A stretch of DNA of 64,000 nt. Source: Pirellulales bacterium (GTDB taxonomy: Bacteria; Planctomycetota; Planctomycetia; Pirellulales; PALSA-1355). Location: positions 640,001 to 704,000 of the forward strand of contig CAVTBU010000005.1 of assembly GCA_963733035.1 (NCBI GenBank). The letters are read 5' to 3'. This document shows positions 59,230-64,000 of the stretch, piece after piece. The position numbers and the translations under genes are program-made. The notes below the pieces were generated by a model. The model saw only the letters and a program-made list of their open reading frames with translations, had not been told where the DNA came from and made no database searches. How positions within the stretch are numbered: position 1 is the stretch's first letter; the number at the start of each line of letters is the position of its first letter.

Positions 59230-60148
59230 ATGCCAGCTTCCGCCAACTGCATGCACCGGCTGCCAGCGAGCCTTGGCCTGTTGTTCGCCCTGATCGCAGC
59301 TCCCGCCGCGTGCATTCGGGCGAATTTGGCTTGGGGCGCCTCACCAGCGACCGCCGGCCCACGCTGGCATATTGTCGAGACGGCCAACTTTCGACTCTTC
59401 ACCTATGGCTATCAGCCGGTAAGTCGCCAAACGGCCGGACACTGCGAGCAAGTGCGTGAAGACCTCGTGCATCAATGGCTGGGCGACGAACGGCTCTCGG
59501 ACTGGACCCCGAAGTGCGACCTGGTGCTACATCCGAACGATGCTAGTTACCTGCGCGAGGTCGGCGAAGGAGGGCGCAATTCGGTTGCCTCGGCATTGAC
59601 CGAACGCCGCGGTGGACGGATCGTGCTACGCCGCATTGACGTCCGCGCTACACAAGACAATTGGAGGCGCGGCGCTGGCCCACGAAATGACACATGTGGT
59701 GATCGCCGATCGTTTCGTCGAAGGGCCGTTGCCTCGCTGGATCGACGAGGGCATTGCGATCTTGGCAGACACGCGGGAGAAGCGACGGGGGCACACAAAC
59801 AATGTTCGCCGTACGGTCGCGGCCGGAGCGCATTTCCGGCTGGCCGAATTGTTGACGCTTGCGGACTATCCGCCCCAGGGTCGCTGGGGGGCTTTCTACG
59901 ACCAAAGCGCCGCCTTGGTCGAATTCCTAGTTGAACAGCAGGGTCACGCCCAATTCGTTGCCTTCGTCGAATTGTCTATCGAGCACGGATACGATCGGGC
60001 GCTTGAGGAGATTTACGGCTGCGGCGTAGGCGAATTGGAGCGGCGCTGGCACCGTTCGCTGACAGTTCCGACCAGTAGCACGCTCGGCGGCAACTTTCCC
60101 TCGGACAACTCCCCAGGCGCGGTCTCCGACGCCGCCGGGGATTCCTGA
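59230..60148 (+). CDS. Peptidase MA-like secreted metalloprotein, apparent frameshift at ~59669
   Basis: VETANF..W.PKC in the first frame; LAHEMTHVV..PRWIDEGIA..FYDQS in the second. Confidence 0.8.
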
Positions 60149-60462
60149 AATTTCTACACTTGCCCACGGTCGCGACGGGGGCAACCTGGTTGCTAGCCAG
60201 TCAGTCGCAGCGACAACTTCTGGTCCCGGTGAATCGATTTTCGCGACCGTTTTTTCCGTTTGTCCTGCTGCGGATTCGGAGCCTACGGCGCGCAAAGCTT
60301 TTCGCCGAGACCAGTTTTGTCGCCGAGGCCCGACCTTCCGGTGGGAACGTTTTGATCCCGTCGACGCATGAGCGTGGCGCAGCGGTCCAAGATTTGCCCT
60401 AGAAAGGGAGAGCTAGAGTTTGGCCATAGCTAAACGACGTCCGTGAAGCGAAGAGGATCCGA

Positions 60463-60675
60463 ATGATTGACGCCCCTCGAAAAACATCGCGTCGGCGGCG
60501 GAGCAGTCCCAAGCCCGACAACTCTCCGTCGCCCGAAATGATTCGGCAAATGACCGAGAAAATTCGCGCCGCCTGGACACCGCGGGAACTGCGGCGCCGG
60601 GCGAACGATCAGCGTCATATGCAAATCACGCAATTGCCGTTGGAACCGCGTCGCAAGGGCTTTTGGGGCGGCTGA
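60463..60675 (+). CDS. Small basic hypothetical protein
   Basis: GAGGA RBS; PSPEMIRQMTEKIRAAWTPRELRRRA; followed by a terminator. Confidence 0.6.
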   Translation: MIDAPRKTSRRRRSSPKPDNSPSPEMIRQMTEKIRAAWTPRELRRRANDQRHMQITQLPLEPRRKGFWGG

Positions 60676-60794
60676 TCCATACGCCTCCAAGGCCGCCCAG
60701 AACACCGAGCGGTAAAAAGGCCGCTGTCCTGATGAGAGAACAGGTCGGCGACAACGAACGGCACCGTCGAACCCTCTTCCGGCGGTTCGACACT

Positions 60795-60833
60795 GGGCGT
60801 CCGCCAATCGAGTGGCGGACGCCCGTTTTTTGT
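60795..60833 (+). terminator. Intrinsic terminator
   Basis: GGGCGTCCGCCA-atcgag-TGGCGGACGCCC followed by GTTTTTTGTT. Confidence 0.8.
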
Positions 60834-60966
60834 TCCGGCGGGCTGCACATGCCAGAAACGTCGCGAAAAGTCGGCCGCTACCAACTTCACTTGCGAAGTA
60901 GGGTAGATTAACTAGAATTCAGGCACCGCTTTGCATCGCCCCGGCGGTGCCAGGGCGTGTGCCGCC

Positions 60967-61053
60967 GGAGAGGTGGCTGAGTGGTCGAAAGCGCCGGTTT
61001 GCTAAATCGGTGACCGGGTAACCGGTCCGCAGGTTCGAATCCTGTCCTCTCCG
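60967..61053 (+). tRNA. tRNA-Ser (GCT)
   Basis: GGAGAGG/CCTCTCC acceptor stem, CCGGT-TTGCTAA-ATCGG anticodon arm, long variable arm, GGTTCGAATCC. Confidence 0.95.
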
Positions 61054-61406
61054 CTTCTGGCTCGTTCCCACTGTAAGTGGCAGGGGAACGGCTCCTTCTT
61101 CTTTGTCATTCGTCAACTAGCTCCAGCGGCCGGCAGTTTCCCCTCCCTTTTGCGGCCGTTGGGTATTCTCAGTTGCGAAATGGCGCTCGCTAAGCTCCTC
61201 GGTGGGCGAGCCGATTCCTCGATGCGGGCCGGTTAGCTCCTCCGAGAGGCCGCGGATCGGTTGGCAACATGTCGCATGGCCGAACGCATTGGATCCGCCT
61301 GGGGCCGCAGGGCACTTGCGTCAGCTTCTTTCGCTCGGTAGGACTATCGAATCGCCCCGGCGCGTGTTTATTTTCGGCGATCATTATCTTGAGAGGGTTT
61401 TGCTTG

Positions 61407-62291
61407 ATGAGCAACTCTGCCCATACCAAGTCGATGTTGCCGGCTGGCACGTTCGCCGGTCGTACGCTGGTCGTTACCGGAGGTGGCACCGGTCTGGGCC
61501 GTTCGATGGGAGAGTATTTTCTCACGCTCGGAGCAAATCTTGTAATCTGTGGTCGGCGGCCGGAGGTAATCCAGCAAGCCGCCCAGGAAATGGCCAAAGC
61601 GACAGGCGCGCAGGTGCTGGCCGTACCCTGCGACGTCCGACAACCGGAGCAAGTCGAGGCCATGTTCCAAGCGGCCATCGAACGCTTTGGCACACTGCAC
61701 GGCCTGGTCAACAATGCGGCCGGCAACTTCATTTGTCCCACCGAACGATTAAGCTACAACGCGTTCAATTCCGTCGTCGATATCGTGCTCAAGGGAACCT
61801 ACAACTGCACTTTGGCACTCGGAAAGCGATGGATTGCGGAGAAGACTCCCGGCGTGGTGCTCAACATCAGCACCACCTACGCCTGGACCGGATCGGGCTA
61901 CGTCGTGCCTTCGGCCGTGTCGAAGGCGGGAGCGCTAATCATGATCCGCTCGCTGGCCTCCGAATGGGGCAAGTACGGCATCCGCCTGAACGCGATTGCC
62001 CCTGGAGCGTTTCCGACCGAGGGAGCCTGGTCGCGTTTGCGGCCGCCGGCGCTTGGAGAAAACGCCGATCCGATGAAACGGATCCCCCTCGGCCGGCATG
62101 GCGAGCACCAGGAACTGTCGAACCTGGCGGCGTATTTGCTTTCTGACTTCTCGGCCTATGTGACGGGCGCATGCATCACAATCGACGGTGGCACTTGGCT
62201 GCGCGGCGCGGGTCAATTCAACTCACTGGAGGACGTTTCCGGCGAGCAATGGGACGAGCTACAAGCTATGATGAAACCCAAGAAAAGGTAG
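61407..62291 (+). CDS. SDR, 2,4-dienoyl-CoA reductase-like
   Basis: TGGGTGLG, NNAAGNFICPTE, SLASEWGKYGIRLNAIAPG.FPTEGAW. Confidence 0.88.
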   Translation: MSNSAHTKSMLPAGTFAGRTLVVTGGGTGLGRSMGEYFLTLGANLVICGRRPEVIQQAAQEMAKATGAQVLAVPCDVRQPEQVEAMFQAAIERFGTLHGLVNNAAGNFICPTERLSYNAFNSVVDIVLKGTYNCTLALGKRWIAEKTPGVVLNISTTYAWTGSGYVVPSAVSKAGALIMIRSLASEWGKYGIRLNAIAPGAFPTEGAWSRLRPPALGENADPMKRIPLGRHGEHQELSNLAAYLLSDFSAYVTGACITIDGGTWLRGAGQFNSLEDVSGEQWDELQAMMKPKKR

Positions 62292-62336
62292 CCGGCCCGT
62301 CGTCTCAGCTTCCGGTTTTGCTTACGCGTCACGTCG

Positions 62337-63710
62337 ATGAAAAAATACCCTGCGATCTGCATTCTCGGCGCGGGCATCAGCGGGATCACGATGATGAAGG
62401 CCCTCGGTGATCGGGGGATTCCCTTCACGACGTTCGAAAAGAGCGACCAGGTTGGCGGAAACTGGGTCTTCCGCAACAAGAACGGGATGTCGAGCGCTTA
62501 CCGCTCTCTGCACATCGATTCGTCGCGATATTCGATCGAGTTCGATGACTTTCCCTTCCCCGAACATTATCCAGACTTTCCGCACCATACGCAGATCGCG
62601 GCGTACTTCCGAGCGTATGCCGAACACTTCGGGCTGCTCGACAAGGTGTGTTACAACACGGGCGTCGAGCGAGCCCAGCGTGACGAGCGCGGCGGTTGGC
62701 AAATCACGCTCGAGACGGGCGAGAAGCGGCACTTCGATTTGCTCATTGTCGCCAACGGTCACCACTGGGACGCGCGCTGGCCAGAGCCGCCTTTTCCCGG
62801 GCACTTTGACGGAATCCAAATCCACTCGCACCAGTACATCGATGCTTTCACTCCGCACGACTTGCATGGCAAGCGGGTGCTGGTGGTGGGGATCGGCAAT
62901 AGCGCGATGGACATTGCGTGCGAACTGAGCCACCGCGGCGTCGCCAGCCGACTGGTGGTCTCCACGCGCCGCGGAGCGCACATCATTCCCAAGTACATCT
63001 TCGGTCGGCCGCTCGATGCGGTCATTCGCGTACGGCCCTGGCTGCCGCTGCGGCCACAGCGATTGCTGGGGTCGCTGTTGGTGCGATTGGCGGTGGGGCG
63101 CATGGAAAACTATGGCTTGCCGCGTCCGCGACAGCGAATCTGGCAAACACATCCCACCGTGTCGAGCGAATTCTTGATTCGCGTGGGCAGCGGCGACATT
63201 ACGGTTAAGCCAAACATTGCCGAATTGTGCGGCAGGGAAGTCCAGTTCGAAGACGGCGCTGGCGAAGCGTTCGACGCGATCATTTATGCAACCGGCTACA
63301 AGATATCGTTTCCGTTCTTCGGACCCGACGTGCTGGAGGTGACGGATAATCACTTCCCCCTTTTTAAACGAGCGTTTGTGCCGGGCCAAAATGATTTGAT
63401 CTTTGTCGGCTTCGCACAGGCCGTGCCGAGCATCATTAAGTTTGTTGAGATTCAAACGCGGTGGCTCGCGGCATACGTCGACGGCGAGTATGCCCTGCCG
63501 CAAGTGTCCGAGATGGAGCGCATCATGCAGCGCGACCAGCAACGGGCCAACGCCCACTTCGTCTCATCCAAACGACATACCATGCAGATCGACACGAACC
63601 TGTATGCTTGGGATTTGGCCAAAGAATGGAAACGAGGCGCCGCTCGAGTTGGTCGTCAGGGAAATCGCCTGGCGGTGGCCGACCGGCCCCTGCCGGCCTC
63701 GACGTCATAG
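62337..63710 (+). CDS. Flavin-containing monooxygenase (class B)
   Basis: GAGISG, FDGIQIHSHQY (FMO motif), GIGNSAMD, ATGY. Confidence 0.92.
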   Translation: MKKYPAICILGAGISGITMMKALGDRGIPFTTFEKSDQVGGNWVFRNKNGMSSAYRSLHIDSSRYSIEFDDFPFPEHYPDFPHHTQIAAYFRAYAEHFGLLDKVCYNTGVERAQRDERGGWQITLETGEKRHFDLLIVANGHHWDARWPEPPFPGHFDGIQIHSHQYIDAFTPHDLHGKRVLVVGIGNSAMDIACELSHRGVASRLVVSTRRGAHIIPKYIFGRPLDAVIRVRPWLPLRPQRLLGSLLVRLAVGRMENYGLPRPRQRIWQTHPTVSSEFLIRVGSGDITVKPNIAELCGREVQFEDGAGEAFDAIIYATGYKISFPFFGPDVLEVTDNHFPLFKRAFVPGQNDLIFVGFAQAVPSIIKFVEIQTRWLAAYVDGEYALPQVSEMERIMQRDQQRANAHFVSSKRHTMQIDTNLYAWDLAKEWKRGAARVGRQGNRLAVADRPLPASTS

Positions 63711-63732
63711 GTCCTGTTCGGAGACGCAGGCG

Positions 63733-64000
63733 ATGAACATCATCGTGACGGGCGCCGCTAGTGGCATCGGCCGTCGGCTGGTCACGCGGCTTGCCGAAAT
63801 CGGACATAAGGTCATCGCCACCGACGTCAACGAAGCAGGCCTGGATGAGTCGGTTCAGCGTTGCGATTGGTCTCACGCAAGCGTTTTGCCGTGCCCACAC
63901 GATGTGACATCTCCACAGTCATGGACCGACTTGCTATCGCTCGCCGACGAACACTTTGGCGAGCTGGATGCGCTGGTCAATGTGGCGGGAGTGCTACGAT
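63733..64000 (+). CDS. SDR oxidoreductase, partial
   Basis: MNIIVTGAASGIG...LDALVNVAGV; runs off the window edge. Confidence 0.85.
   Translation, partial: MNIIVTGAASGIGRRLVTRLAEIGHKVIATDVNEAGLDESVQRCDWSHASVLPCPHDVTSPQSWTDLLSLADEHFGELDALVNVAGVLR

Overview
A 64-kb high-GC bacterial chromosomal window. Gene content points to a planctomycete, probably Pirellulales-like (inference): two PSD1/DUF1549-DUF1553 cytochrome + DUF1501 pairs, two BBP7 beta-barrels, LExRxLL-type N-terminal motifs and DUF3467. In order it holds an ABC/HlyD/TolC efflux set; a CSLREA/choice-of-anchor-Q surface protein; a PSD1-DUF1501-ROK operon with a candidate ROK operator; tRNA-Lys; a usp/ybaK/DUF4405 cluster; an atypical ccoP-less cbb3-like heme-copper oxidase operon behind a sigma54-type promoter; DUF885; a secreted Ntn hydrolase; a membrane-anchored protein of 24-residue repeats; an ACP + ceramide-synthase-like GNAT + cardiolipin-synthase-like PLD cluster; a second PSD1-DUF1501-ThuA-UDG block; a phosphodiesterase + inositol oxygenase pair; a ~2,360-aa Calx-beta/Ig adhesin flanked by two BBP7 barrels and DUF3467; tRNA-Ser; and a DECR/FMO/SDR operon. 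I found no mobile element, CRISPR array or rRNA. About nine apparent frameshifts all lie at or beside GCGC, which suggests systematic sequencing error rather than pseudogenes. All family calls come from motifs recognised by eye; no database searches were run.
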